From Candidatus Krumholzibacteriota bacterium (GTDB lineage Bacteria > Krumholzibacteriota > Krumholzibacteriia > JAJRXK01), in the NCBI GenBank assembly GCA_963727455.1, contig CAVSGG010000017.1, positions 32,001 through 96,000 on the forward strand: a DNA stretch of 64,000 nucleotides, written 5' to 3'. The first letter of the stretch is position 1, and each line of letters begins with the position of its first letter. Below are positions 36,580 to 45,633 of this stretch, piece after piece. The notes beneath the pieces were generated by a model. That model ran no database searches, was not told where the DNA came from, and saw nothing but the letters and a program-made list of their open reading frames with translations. A program made the position numbers and the translations under genes.

Positions 36580-37911
36580 TTAGATCTTAGCAGAGGGCGC
36601 TGGAGTCTGGGAAGCGGAGCCTCCGCTGGTGGTTCGCGCCGCCAGCATCTGGGCCAGCAATACGCCCAGTGCGGCCCCCAAACCCAGGGAAATGGCGTCG
36701 GTCAGGTCGGCGGTGCGCGCGGGCAAGAAGAGCTGCGCCGCTTCCACCGCGAGGCCGACCAAAAAGAAGATCAGCCCCACCCGGCGCGGGGAACGCCGCG
36801 GCCATACGCCGAAGCTCAGTAGTCCGAGAGGCACCCCCGTGCCCGCCTCACGCAGGAGATCGGCGAGCGCCGCGAACCCCAGCCGCTGGAAGTAGGGGAA
36901 GAAGGGCAACCAGCGTTGCCACTCCCAGTCCCTGGCGCGAGGGAGCGACCAGGAGAAGGGCGCCAATCCCTCGGCCAAAAGCACGATCAGCCAGACGACC
37001 ATGCCGGCCAGGGCCGCGCCTCGCTCGCTCGGACGACGCTGCATCCAGCTTGCGCCGATGAGGGAACCGGCGCAGGCCAGGATCACCACCGTCATGTCCG
37101 TCCCTCTGCTCACCACGACCAACTGCCCGAGTTCGACCGCAAGCGCGGTCAGAGAACTCACGATCACCGCCAGCACCACGCGTACGGCAGCGGTTTTCAG
37201 ATATTTCTCGTGCTCTGCCGCCCAGGCCAGAAAGCCCCCCAGAAGAGAGAAGCGAGCAAGATCCATCAGCCACGCGAGGGGGTGGGCATCGACGGGGGCT
37301 CCGATGAACGTGCTGCCAAAGGGAACGAGGCGCGCTCCCTTCACTGCGCGTTTGAGATCATCGACGTCGAGGCTGAAGTTGAAGGGAAGCGCCCCGGCCA
37401 GAAGCCACGCCACAACCGCGGTCATCGCCAAGAGCCGGTAGGGGTGACGCTGCGCCTCGCGCTCGTACCAGGGCAGGGCGTGTCGCCTCCCCAAAAGGTC
37501 CCAGATCCATCCCACCACTGCACCCAGCCCCGCTCCCATCGTGTTCGTGAACAGATCGCTGGCCGAAGTCGTGCGCAGAGGTGAGAAGAGCTGCAGGGTC
37601 TCCACGCCCAAGCTCAGTACGAAACCGCAGAGCAGGGCACAGAGCAGGGAGTTGAGACGCACGAGAGCGCGTCTGCGCGCGCTCAAGAAAACCAGGAACC
37701 CCAGAGGACAGAAGAGAAGGACGTTGCTGAAAAGATCGGTACGGCTCACGTGATGGGGCCCGGTGAAGCCGAAGACGCGCAGCTGTGCATGAGCCCAACC
37801 GTGGGCCGCGGTTGCTGCGTCAAACTGAAAATCAAAGGGAATCGTGGTGCCATAAATGATGAAGAGCACCCAGAGAATGAGCAGGATCGTGACAAGTCTC
37901 AGTCGGTGCAT
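36580..37911 (-). CDS. VanZ family multi-repeat membrane protein
   Basis: NVLLFCPLG...E-x-x-Q...R-x-x-S-x-x-D-L-x-x-N; three repeats of the E-x-x-Q...R...D motif. Confidence 0.82.
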   Translation of the reverse strand: MHRLRLVTILLILWVLFIIYGTTIPFDFQFDAATAAHGWAHAQLRVFGFTGPHHVSRTDLFSNVLLFCPLGFLVFLSARRRALVRLNSLLCALLCGFVLSLGVETLQLFSPLRTTSASDLFTNTMGAGLGAVVGWIWDLLGRRHALPWYEREAQRHPYRLLAMTAVVAWLLAGALPFNFSLDVDDLKRAVKGARLVPFGSTFIGAPVDAHPLAWLMDLARFSLLGGFLAWAAEHEKYLKTAAVRVVLAVIVSSLTALAVELGQLVVVSRGTDMTVVILACAGSLIGASWMQRRPSERGAALAGMVVWLIVLLAEGLAPFSWSLPRARDWEWQRWLPFFPYFQRLGFAALADLLREAGTGVPLGLLSFGVWPRRSPRRVGLIFFLVGLAVEAAQLFLPARTADLTDAISLGLGAALGVLLAQMLAARTTSGGSASQTPAPSAKI

Positions 37912-37956
37912 CTTCGACTCCTGGAGAGGCTGCTGGCTGCGGGACGGCCGCCTCGT

Positions 37957-39651
37957 TCAAGCCGGACTCGGTTCCTCGAGGAAGTAGTTGAAATCCTCCG
38001 CGGCCTCCGCATGCAGGATCTCATAGGCGTGGGCCGCAGTCTTGGCGCTGTAGAGCTGACGTTGCACGTTCAAGTCGGAGCCGATGGCGCGAGCCATGGC
38101 CGCAATCACTTCCAGGTGACGTTCTCTGCGATTCACAGGAGTTGCCAGGAGAAGGACACAGTGGATGGATTCCCCGTCGGGAGTGCCGAATGCCAGGCCT
38201 TCGCGGCTGATCCCCATCACTCCCATGATCTCCGTTCCCTGCTCCAACACCCCGTGGGGAATGGCCAGGCCGTGGCCGACGCAGGTCGAAATCTCCTTTT
38301 CGCGGGCCATCACGCTCGTAAGGAAAGCCTTGCGATCCAGCCCCACGTGCGTGGTGGCAGCCAGATGGTCTACCAGACGCGCGATTGCCTCCTCGTAGGT
38401 AGAGGCACTCAAGTTCACGAGGATGTGCTCCTCGTGCAAGAAATCGATGAGACGTGCGCGGTCCTTTCCCACATCCCCCGAGCGCACGAGAGCGATTCGG
38501 GTCATGATGGGACCGATGATTTCGTTGAGCGTGACGGAGGTCAGCCCCACTGCGAGAAAGAGCTGACTGATCTCGCGAAAGTTGGGATCTTCCTGCACCA
38601 GCAGAACCAGTCCGACCGCCACCCCGGCCTGCGGAACCAGGGCGAAACCGAGGTTGGAGCGCACCTTTCGCGGTGCGCCGCCCAGTTGCATCGCCAAGCG
38701 TCCGGCGAGGAGCTTTCCGATGATTCGCGCGACCACCACGATCAACACCAGTAGGGCGCTGGCTTTGAGATAGTCGAAGTCCAACTCCATCCCGGCAACG
38801 GTGAAGAAGATTGCGAAAATCGCGTTCTCGAAGTTTACGAAGACGTTGTGACCGATTTCGTCCTTGTCCGGCGTGAAATTGGCGAGAGCCATGCCCAAGA
38901 AGAGGCAGGCGAGGAGGGAGGAGAAATCCAAGAAATCGGCGAGGCCCGCGGTGAGGAGGATCGCGGCCATGGAGGCGGTGGCGAGCTGGTCACTTCGCAC
39001 CAGTTTGCGAGTGGCGAGTACGAGCACTCCACCCAGGCCGAATCCAATCGCCGCGCTTGCAGCCAATTCCAAAATGGGCGCCATGAGGATCTCATGCAGC
39101 CGGGGAGCCGCCTTCGAGCCCAGGCTCACGTGGGCGGCGGTGTGGGCCATCTCGAAGAGCGCGATGCAAGCGATGTTGTTCAGAGCCACCGCCGCCATGA
39201 GGGTCTTCACGAACACTCCCCGGGCGCGCGCCTCTTTCACGATGGCCACGATGGTGGCGGGGGCCGTGGAGACGGCCATGGCCGCCAGCAAGAACGCGAA
39301 GGTCCACGAGACATCGGCCGCCAGGTAGACGGCCCCGAAAACGAGAAGCGGCGTCAGAGTCGACTCCAAAATCAAGAGCCAGAGCAGTCTTCGGCGCGCG
39401 TTTCGTAGGCGCTTCAGGTTGAGGTGATTGCCCACCGCGACCGCGATGAGCCCCAGCGCGAAGTTCGTGATGGGGTGCAGCGAGTGGATGGCCTCGATGC
39501 TCGCCAGGTCCAGGATGCTGGGACCGATGAGCACGCCAGCCAGAATCTGTCCGGTGACTGCAGGCAGTTTTACGCGCCGGGCGAGTTGTCCCGAAAGCAC
39601 ACCTGCCACCAGGATGACGGCCAGGGTCAGAAGAGGAAAGGAATCCAGCAT
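37957..39651 (-). CDS. Cation:proton antiporter fused to a PTS EIIA domain
   Basis: CPA TMs (STAPAT, PQAGVAVGL); C-terminal AREKEIST...GLAIPHG. Confidence 0.9.
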   Translation of the reverse strand: MLDSFPLLTLAVILVAGVLSGQLARRVKLPAVTGQILAGVLIGPSILDLASIEAIHSLHPITNFALGLIAVAVGNHLNLKRLRNARRRLLWLLILESTLTPLLVFGAVYLAADVSWTFAFLLAAMAVSTAPATIVAIVKEARARGVFVKTLMAAVALNNIACIALFEMAHTAAHVSLGSKAAPRLHEILMAPILELAASAAIGFGLGGVLVLATRKLVRSDQLATASMAAILLTAGLADFLDFSSLLACLFLGMALANFTPDKDEIGHNVFVNFENAIFAIFFTVAGMELDFDYLKASALLVLIVVVARIIGKLLAGRLAMQLGGAPRKVRSNLGFALVPQAGVAVGLVLLVQEDPNFREISQLFLAVGLTSVTLNEIIGPIMTRIALVRSGDVGKDRARLIDFLHEEHILVNLSASTYEEAIARLVDHLAATTHVGLDRKAFLTSVMAREKEISTCVGHGLAIPHGVLEQGTEIMGVMGISREGLAFGTPDGESIHCVLLLATPVNRRERHLEVIAAMARAIGSDLNVQRQLYSAKTAAHAYEILHAEAAEDFNYFLEEPSPA

Positions 39652-39669
39652 CGCAGCTTCTCTGGCGCC

Positions 39670-40680
39670 CTACCAGCGCATGAGTACGGAGCCCCAGGTG
39701 AATCCACTGCCGAAGGCCGAACATGCCACCAGCATGCCCTGCTTCAAAACCCCGGCTTTGACCGCCTCATCCATTCCTATGGGGAGAGTAGCCGCCGTGG
39801 TGTTGGCGTATTTCTGGATGGTGTTGAAGACGCGATGCGGCTCTACCGCAAGCGATTCGGCGATCGCCTCGTTGATGCGCAAATTGGCCTGATGGAAGAG
39901 GAAGAGATCGACCTCGGCCACCTGGAGATCATTGGCTTTCAGGGCCTCCAAGATGGCTTCCGGCATGAGCTTGACCGCGCTGATGTACACCCGACGGCCA
40001 TCCATCTTGGGGAAGTGCTCTCCTCGCGCGATCATCCCCTCGTCGATCCAGTGTGCGCCGTTGGCCATTCCCGGCGACTTGGCCCATAGGGTCTGCGCGT
40101 AGCGACCGTCAGCATGGAGATGCGAACTGAGGATATGCGAGTCTTTCGCCGGATCCTTCACCGTGCAAGCCTCCATGACGACCGCGCCCGCGCCGTCGCC
40201 GAAGAGCACGCCGAGATCGCGTCCGTCCGGGCTCTTGTCCAATCCCTTGGAATGCAATTCCGCTCCCACCACCAAGACACGGTGGTACATGCCAGAACGG
40301 ATGAACTGGTCCGCGACGGACATGCCATAGATGAACCCCGTGCACTGCTGCCGGATATCCAGGGCCGCGACGCCGGGGAGCTCCATTTTGGCCTGCAGAA
40401 AGCAGGCGCTCCCCGGGAAGCTGTGGTCGGGGCTCAGCGTGGCGAAGATGATGAGCTCGAGGGTGGACTTGTCTATGCCCGCGCTCTCGACCGCGCGATT
40501 TGCCGCTTCAAGCGCGAGATCCGAAGTCGAGGAGGAATCGTCCGCCCAAAATCTCTGTTCGATCCCGGTGCGTTGCCGGATCCACTCATCGCTCGTGTTC
40601 ATCAATTCACACAGATCGTCGTTGGTCACTACACGGGGCGGAGCGTAGGAGCCAACGCCAATGATCCGGGATCGCTGCAT
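39670..40680 (-). CDS. fabH: 3-oxoacyl-ACP synthase III
   Basis: TSDEWIRQRTGI, QQCTGF (Cys), FGDGAGA, HQAN, NTTAAT, FGSGFTWG. Confidence 0.93.
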   Translation of the reverse strand: MQRSRIIGVGSYAPPRVVTNDDLCELMNTSDEWIRQRTGIEQRFWADDSSSTSDLALEAANRAVESAGIDKSTLELIIFATLSPDHSFPGSACFLQAKMELPGVAALDIRQQCTGFIYGMSVADQFIRSGMYHRVLVVGAELHSKGLDKSPDGRDLGVLFGDGAGAVVMEACTVKDPAKDSHILSSHLHADGRYAQTLWAKSPGMANGAHWIDEGMIARGEHFPKMDGRRVYISAVKLMPEAILEALKANDLQVAEVDLFLFHQANLRINEAIAESLAVEPHRVFNTIQKYANTTAATLPIGMDEAVKAGVLKQGMLVACSAFGSGFTWGSVLMRW

Positions 40681-40778
40681 ATCAGCATCTCCTTCACGAG
40701 ATCCGTTCGGTTTCCCCGAGAACGATTTCATCTCATTTGATCGAAGCTGGCAAGTTCGAAGCCGTCGCTAACGCACTT

Positions 40779-41975
40779 TCAGGACCTATCCGGCTCCGCC
40801 TCCACGACCTGAACATGACGATTCTTCGCTTTCACCGAGAGGGAGACCTTTCCCTCCAGCATCCGCAGAAGGTGCTGGCCGGCGAGCTCGTACCGCCATC
40901 CTTTCATCAAGGGCAAGTGGTTTGCGGAGTCCTCATCGTCCTTCACCCTCTCGATGAACCGCACGAGGTCCTTCTTGGTGGCGACGTAGCTGGTGGCAAT
41001 GCTCGCCCTGCGGGTAATCCTCCGCAGGAATACCGATAGCAGATCCGCGGTGAGAAGGATGTCCGGATCGTCTTCGCGGATGGAGGGCAGCTTGGGCCAA
41101 TCGGATTGTGGAATGCCAAGGCCGCGTTGCACCGCCTCGAGGATCTCCTCCCCGCTGCGTTGAATCTCGCGACTGTGCAGGCGGCGGAGAACGTGCAGTT
41201 CTTCCACCGTATTCGGCTTGCGGCGCGAGAGATCGATGAGAACGTCATCTGTGACCACCCGGTTGCGCGGTATATTGCGTCGCGCAGCACTGTGTTCACG
41301 CCAGTCAGCAAGTTCGCGCAGGACCGCGAGCCCCTTACCGTCCAGGGAACGGTGGCGCGATACACGGCGCCACAGACGGCGATAATCGACTTCGTATTCG
41401 CCGAGCTCTTCGAAGTGCTCGAGCTCCTGGGCGAGCCAGCGCAGGCGTCCTTTTTTCTTCAGTCGAGCCGAGAGCTCGTCACGCAGATCATGCAGGTAGA
41501 TGACATCGTTCAATGCGTATTGCATCTGGGCGTCGCGCAGCGGCCTCTGGCTCCAGTCGGTCACTCGCTCCTGTTTTTTCACCCTCACATCCAGGACGCG
41601 CCGTAAGAGATCGGCATAGCCCGGCTGTTCTCCCATTCCCAAGAGGGCCGCTGCCACCTGGGTATCGAAAATTCCGTGGGGGAGAGTGCGAGTCTTGTCG
41701 TAGAAGATCTCCAGATCCTGGCTCGCAGCGTGCAGGATGGTCTCGATGGCGGGATCGGAGACCAGTTTCCACAGAGGAGTCAGATCTTCCAGGATCAGCG
41801 GATCGATCAAAACGGCTTCCTCACGCGTGGCGACCTGCACCAGCTGAAGAATGGGTTTGTAGGTTCTCTCGCGCTCGAATTCGGTATCCAGAGCGATGCT
41901 CTTCTTGGCGCGGGCCCGCTGGCAAAAGGACTTCAGATCCCGGAGCTCGGTGAGAATTTCGATTTCATGGACCAA
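40779..41975 (-). CDS. rnd: Ribonuclease D
   Basis: ALDTEF, HAASQD, FDTQVAA, DWSQRPL, YALNDV; HRDC domain. Confidence 0.93.
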   Translation of the reverse strand: MVHEIEILTELRDLKSFCQRARAKKSIALDTEFERERTYKPILQLVQVATREEAVLIDPLILEDLTPLWKLVSDPAIETILHAASQDLEIFYDKTRTLPHGIFDTQVAAALLGMGEQPGYADLLRRVLDVRVKKQERVTDWSQRPLRDAQMQYALNDVIYLHDLRDELSARLKKKGRLRWLAQELEHFEELGEYEVDYRRLWRRVSRHRSLDGKGLAVLRELADWREHSAARRNIPRNRVVTDDVLIDLSRRKPNTVEELHVLRRLHSREIQRSGEEILEAVQRGLGIPQSDWPKLPSIREDDPDILLTADLLSVFLRRITRRASIATSYVATKKDLVRFIERVKDDEDSANHLPLMKGWRYELAGQHLLRMLEGKVSLSVKAKNRHVQVVEAEPDRS

Positions 41976-42141
41976 TGTCTACATTCCCGGTCTTGGAGCG
42001 AGAGCCCAACTTACACCGAATGGGAGGTTGGGGCGAGGAATTCAACAAAATCCGCCTGGTTTGCAAGCCAAGTTGGATTATCTATCGTAACTCTGTCGTG
42101 CGGCGGAAGATCGTAGTCTTTAGAGCGGGAGAACGAAGTCT

Positions 42142-43311
42142 ATGGGAAAGCTCCAAAAGATCGCAATTCTGACCGGCGGCGGTGACGTACCGGGACTCAA
42201 TGCGGCCATCAAGTCGGTGGCGAAACGGTGTCACGAGGACGGGGTCGAACTCGTGGGGATTCGCCGGGGTTGGCAGGGCATGGTCGAACTGGAACCGGAC
42301 ACTCCCGATCGCGACGCGGAATTGCTGGTCGAACTCGGACCCGCCGTCGTTCGCACCATCGACCGCAGCGGAGGTACCATTCTCCACAGCTCTCGCACCA
42401 ACCCGGGGGCCATGAGAGAGAAAGTTCTGCCCAAGAGCTTCGATCGTTCCGCGCATACTCCCGATGCCAGGGGGAGATGGGATTTGAGCGACCGGGTCCT
42501 GAAGACCCTGGAGCGCATCGGGGTGGACGCGGTGGTGGTGATCGGCGGGGACGATACCCTCAGTTATGCCGCACATCTGGACTCACTGGGTTGGCCGACG
42601 GTCGGGATTCCCAAGACCATGGACAACGACGTGAGCGGAACCGAGTACTGTATTGGTTTTTCCACGGCAGTGACGCGGAGCGTGGACATGATCACGCAAT
42701 TGCGGACTCCCGCGGGCAGCCACGAGCGGATCGCAGTCATCGAGTTGTTCGGTCGCAACTCGGGGCAGACCGCGCTGCGAATCGGCTACCTATCGGGCGC
42801 GGATCGCACGCTCATCTGTGAGGTGCCTTTCGATGTGGAGAGAATCTGCCGCTTCGCGATGGAAGATCAGGACCGCAATCCCAGCCACTATTGCATCATC
42901 GTCATCAGCGAGGGTGCCCACCCGTTGGGTGGCGAGGTGTTGGAGACGGGAGAGCCCGACGCCTATGGCCATCGCAAGCTCGGTGGAGTGGGTATCTGGC
43001 TGAGCGAGCAGATTCGTCACAGAACGGGACGCGAGACACTCGCCCAACGTCTGGGCTATCTCATGAGGGCGGGCAGCCCCGATTCACTCGATCGGATCGT
43101 CGCGATGAATTTCGGCAATCTGGCCTACGAGCTGCTGCGCAAGGGGCGTCACGGGAACATGACGGCTCTCATGGGCGGACGCTATGTGGCCACTCCCTTG
43201 GCCGCGGTCAATGCCGGCGCGCGCAAAGTCGACGTGGAGAGTTACTACGACGCAGAGCAGTACCTCCCCCGCACGCTGCGCGTGGAGGACCAGCCCATGT
43301 TCTTGAGCTGA
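42142..43311 (+). CDS. 6-phosphofructokinase (PfkA family, GGDD/PKT type, probably PPi-dependent)
   Basis: TGGGDVPGLN, GGTILHSSR, IGGDDT, PKTMDND. Confidence 0.92.
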   Translation: MGKLQKIAILTGGGDVPGLNAAIKSVAKRCHEDGVELVGIRRGWQGMVELEPDTPDRDAELLVELGPAVVRTIDRSGGTILHSSRTNPGAMREKVLPKSFDRSAHTPDARGRWDLSDRVLKTLERIGVDAVVVIGGDDTLSYAAHLDSLGWPTVGIPKTMDNDVSGTEYCIGFSTAVTRSVDMITQLRTPAGSHERIAVIELFGRNSGQTALRIGYLSGADRTLICEVPFDVERICRFAMEDQDRNPSHYCIIVISEGAHPLGGEVLETGEPDAYGHRKLGGVGIWLSEQIRHRTGRETLAQRLGYLMRAGSPDSLDRIVAMNFGNLAYELLRKGRHGNMTALMGGRYVATPLAAVNAGARKVDVESYYDAEQYLPRTLRVEDQPMFLS

Positions 43312-43353
43312 GCGGGACAGCGAAGTGCACCGGTACACCGAGGGGAAGCGAAG

Positions 43354-44190
43354 ATGAGCGAATTCGAACTCAAGAGCGATTTCGAGAGCGAGGTCCTGCA
43401 GGAGAGCACCCGGCAGCCGGTGTTGGTGGACTTCTGGGCGGCATGGTGTGGACCCTGCCGCACTCTGGGGCCAACGCTGGAGAAGCTTGCCAGCGAGGCA
43501 CAGGGACGCTTCAAGTTGGTGAAGGTGGACACCGAGGCGCACCCGGAGATTGCGCAACATCTCAGGATTCAGAGCATTCCGGCCGTCAAACTCTTCGTCG
43601 ACGGTCGGGTTGCCGCGGAGTTCGTGGGCGCTTTGCCCGAGGCGCGAATTCGCGCCTGGTTGGACCAGGAAATCCCCTCGGAGACCGATCGGCTCTTCCG
43701 GGCCGCGGAAGCCATACTGGCGGCAGGCGAGACCGAACGCGCTCGTGAGAGTCTGGAAATCGTCCTGCAAGCCGACCCTGAACACGTCGGCGCGCGCCGC
43801 CGCTTGGCCGAGATCACTCTCTTTTCGGATCCGGACGCCGCCCGCGCTTATCTCGAGCCGATCGCCGGCACCGAAGAGGGCGACGACAGGGTGGAGGAGC
43901 TGCTGCAACTCGCGCATCAGGCCACACTCGTGGAGGCGAAACTCCTGAAGACGGTCGAAGGACACCAGCCCAAGGCGAAGTGGGTGGATCTCTACCTCGA
44001 GGGCAATCGCGCGCTCGCAAAGCAGGATTTCGCCGCCGCATTGGGCGCTTGGATCGAGGTTCTCACCTTCGATCGCGAGCTGGACGACGACGGGGCTCGC
44101 AAGGCCTGTATCGCGCTCTTCCATTACTTGGGAGAGGACCATCCTCTCACGCGCGAACTCAGTTCCGCCTTCAGCTCAGCCCTGTTCTGA
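43354..44190 (+). CDS. Thioredoxin-TPR chaperedoxin (CnoX/YbbN-like)
   Basis: WCGPC followed by TPR region ending DDGARKACI...LSSAFSSALF. Confidence 0.9.
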   Translation: MSEFELKSDFESEVLQESTRQPVLVDFWAAWCGPCRTLGPTLEKLASEAQGRFKLVKVDTEAHPEIAQHLRIQSIPAVKLFVDGRVAAEFVGALPEARIRAWLDQEIPSETDRLFRAAEAILAAGETERARESLEIVLQADPEHVGARRRLAEITLFSDPDAARAYLEPIAGTEEGDDRVEELLQLAHQATLVEAKLLKTVEGHQPKAKWVDLYLEGNRALAKQDFAAALGAWIEVLTFDRELDDDGARKACIALFHYLGEDHPLTRELSSAFSSALF

Positions 44191-44229
44191 GCGCTTCATT
44201 GTGCAGGTGTACATTCTGCCGGCACAAAC

Positions 44230-45633
44230 TCATCGCACCAGAATCAGTTTCAATGCGGACACGCCCACGTCAGCAGGGCGCGCCCAGTAGACTCCACTCG
44301 CGACCGTCTTGCCCGCGCGATCGCGCCCGTCCCAGTGATAGAGCAGCCGATCGGAGTCGCCCTCGCTGGGCCGAAGTCGTGTCACGAGCCTACCGCGAGC
44401 GTCCAGGATCATAAGTTGAGGCCGGCCACTGGCGGCGCTGAGTTCCAGATTCACGCGGGGGTTGAAGGGGTTAGGCCAGGCGCTGAGCCGCGCCCGCTCC
44501 CGCGCGGGAGGTGTCCCGGTGATCGGACCCTCCGGGCTACCGTCGCGCAGCACCAGATCGAAGGGGGGGAGCCCGACGCCGATGGGTCCGGCCAGGGCGG
44601 CCTTGCTAAACGCGTCGTAGACGCGGATCCCCGGATTCTGCGCATTCCGATCGGAGACGTACACTTTGCCCTGCTGTGAGATCTCCAGGTCACTCAAATC
44701 GAAACCGCTGGAGGTGAGAACCGTGTCGAGAACTGCGCCACTGCTCACCTCGAAGCGCAGCAGCAGAGTCTGGAATGAGGAATTGCTCACGATGGCCCAA
44801 CCCAGGTCGCTCGAGGCGAGCCGCGCCGCCTGCAGATTTCCGCCAAGCTGTGCCTCGGTGGTCACGAATCCCTCGCTCTGCCGCGTGAAGGGATTCACCA
44901 CTGCGAGTCCGCCATCCAGCAACGGAAATTCCCCACTGCAGATCACGAGCAGACGATTCAAATTCCGTTCGTACCACAGATCTCCGCTGGGATTTTGTGC
45001 CGGCAGTAGGATGGGGTCGATCGCTGGCGTGCCGGCAACCGCGTCCACCGGTTGGTCGGTGCGCGTGTCGATGACAACCAGGCAGGAGCCTCCAGCGGGC
45101 GGAAGATTGCTCTGCAGGCGATCGAGGCGCTGCAGCGCGACGAAGGCGAAATCACCTACCGCAGCCACCTGAGCCATCTCGGGGATACCATCGGCGTCTG
45201 CGAAAGGTGCGAGATCGACCGTGGCGAGCAAGCTACCGTGCAACGGTTCCACGACCCACAACTGAGTTTCTTCCAAACGCGTCAAGTAGGCGCGTCCGGG
45301 ACGCACGACTTCGAGGTCCTGCGGATTGGAATCGAGCCCGGTGGAGTATTGATCGATCACCCCGTAGCCGGAGGTGGCGTCCAAGACCAGCACGTTATCC
45401 GCGAGATAACGGTTGATCACGAAGATGGTGTTTTGATTGCGGCGCGCGACCGCGTCACCGTGGATAGTGTAGAGATCGTTCGTGGGGGTATAGGGGGCAT
45501 CCAGAAGCATGACCGAGGTGGAACCGGTGGATTCGAAGGTCGTGGTGGTGCAGAAGAGATCCTGTGCGGGAGCCTTCGTAGGGACACCCACCAGGAGAAG
45601 CAACAAAGTGTAGCCGAGTTCAACTCGCGTCAT
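44230..45633 (-). CDS. Secreted beta-propeller protein (candidate cobalamin-binding, BtuG-like) with FlgD-Ig/T9SS-like CTD
   Basis: Signal peptide; NPQD/NPSG/LPPFD blade-like repeats; PNPFNP...WDG...ASGVY; overlaps the TBDR gene under a B12 riboswitch. Confidence 0.72.
   Translation of the reverse strand: MTRVELGYTLLLLLVGVPTKAPAQDLFCTTTTFESTGSTSVMLLDAPYTPTNDLYTIHGDAVARRNQNTIFVINRYLADNVLVLDATSGYGVIDQYSTGLDSNPQDLEVVRPGRAYLTRLEETQLWVVEPLHGSLLATVDLAPFADADGIPEMAQVAAVGDFAFVALQRLDRLQSNLPPAGGSCLVVIDTRTDQPVDAVAGTPAIDPILLPAQNPSGDLWYERNLNRLLVICSGEFPLLDGGLAVVNPFTRQSEGFVTTEAQLGGNLQAARLASSDLGWAIVSNSSFQTLLLRFEVSSGAVLDTVLTSSGFDLSDLEISQQGKVYVSDRNAQNPGIRVYDAFSKAALAGPIGVGLPPFDLVLRDGSPEGPITGTPPARERARLSAWPNPFNPRVNLELSAASGRPQLMILDARGRLVTRLRPSEGDSDRLLYHWDGRDRAGKTVASGVYWARPADVGVSALKLILVR

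Noticed and set aside
36580-37911. Glycopeptide resistance locus
   Set aside because: VanZ-like domains are common and no other van genes are present.
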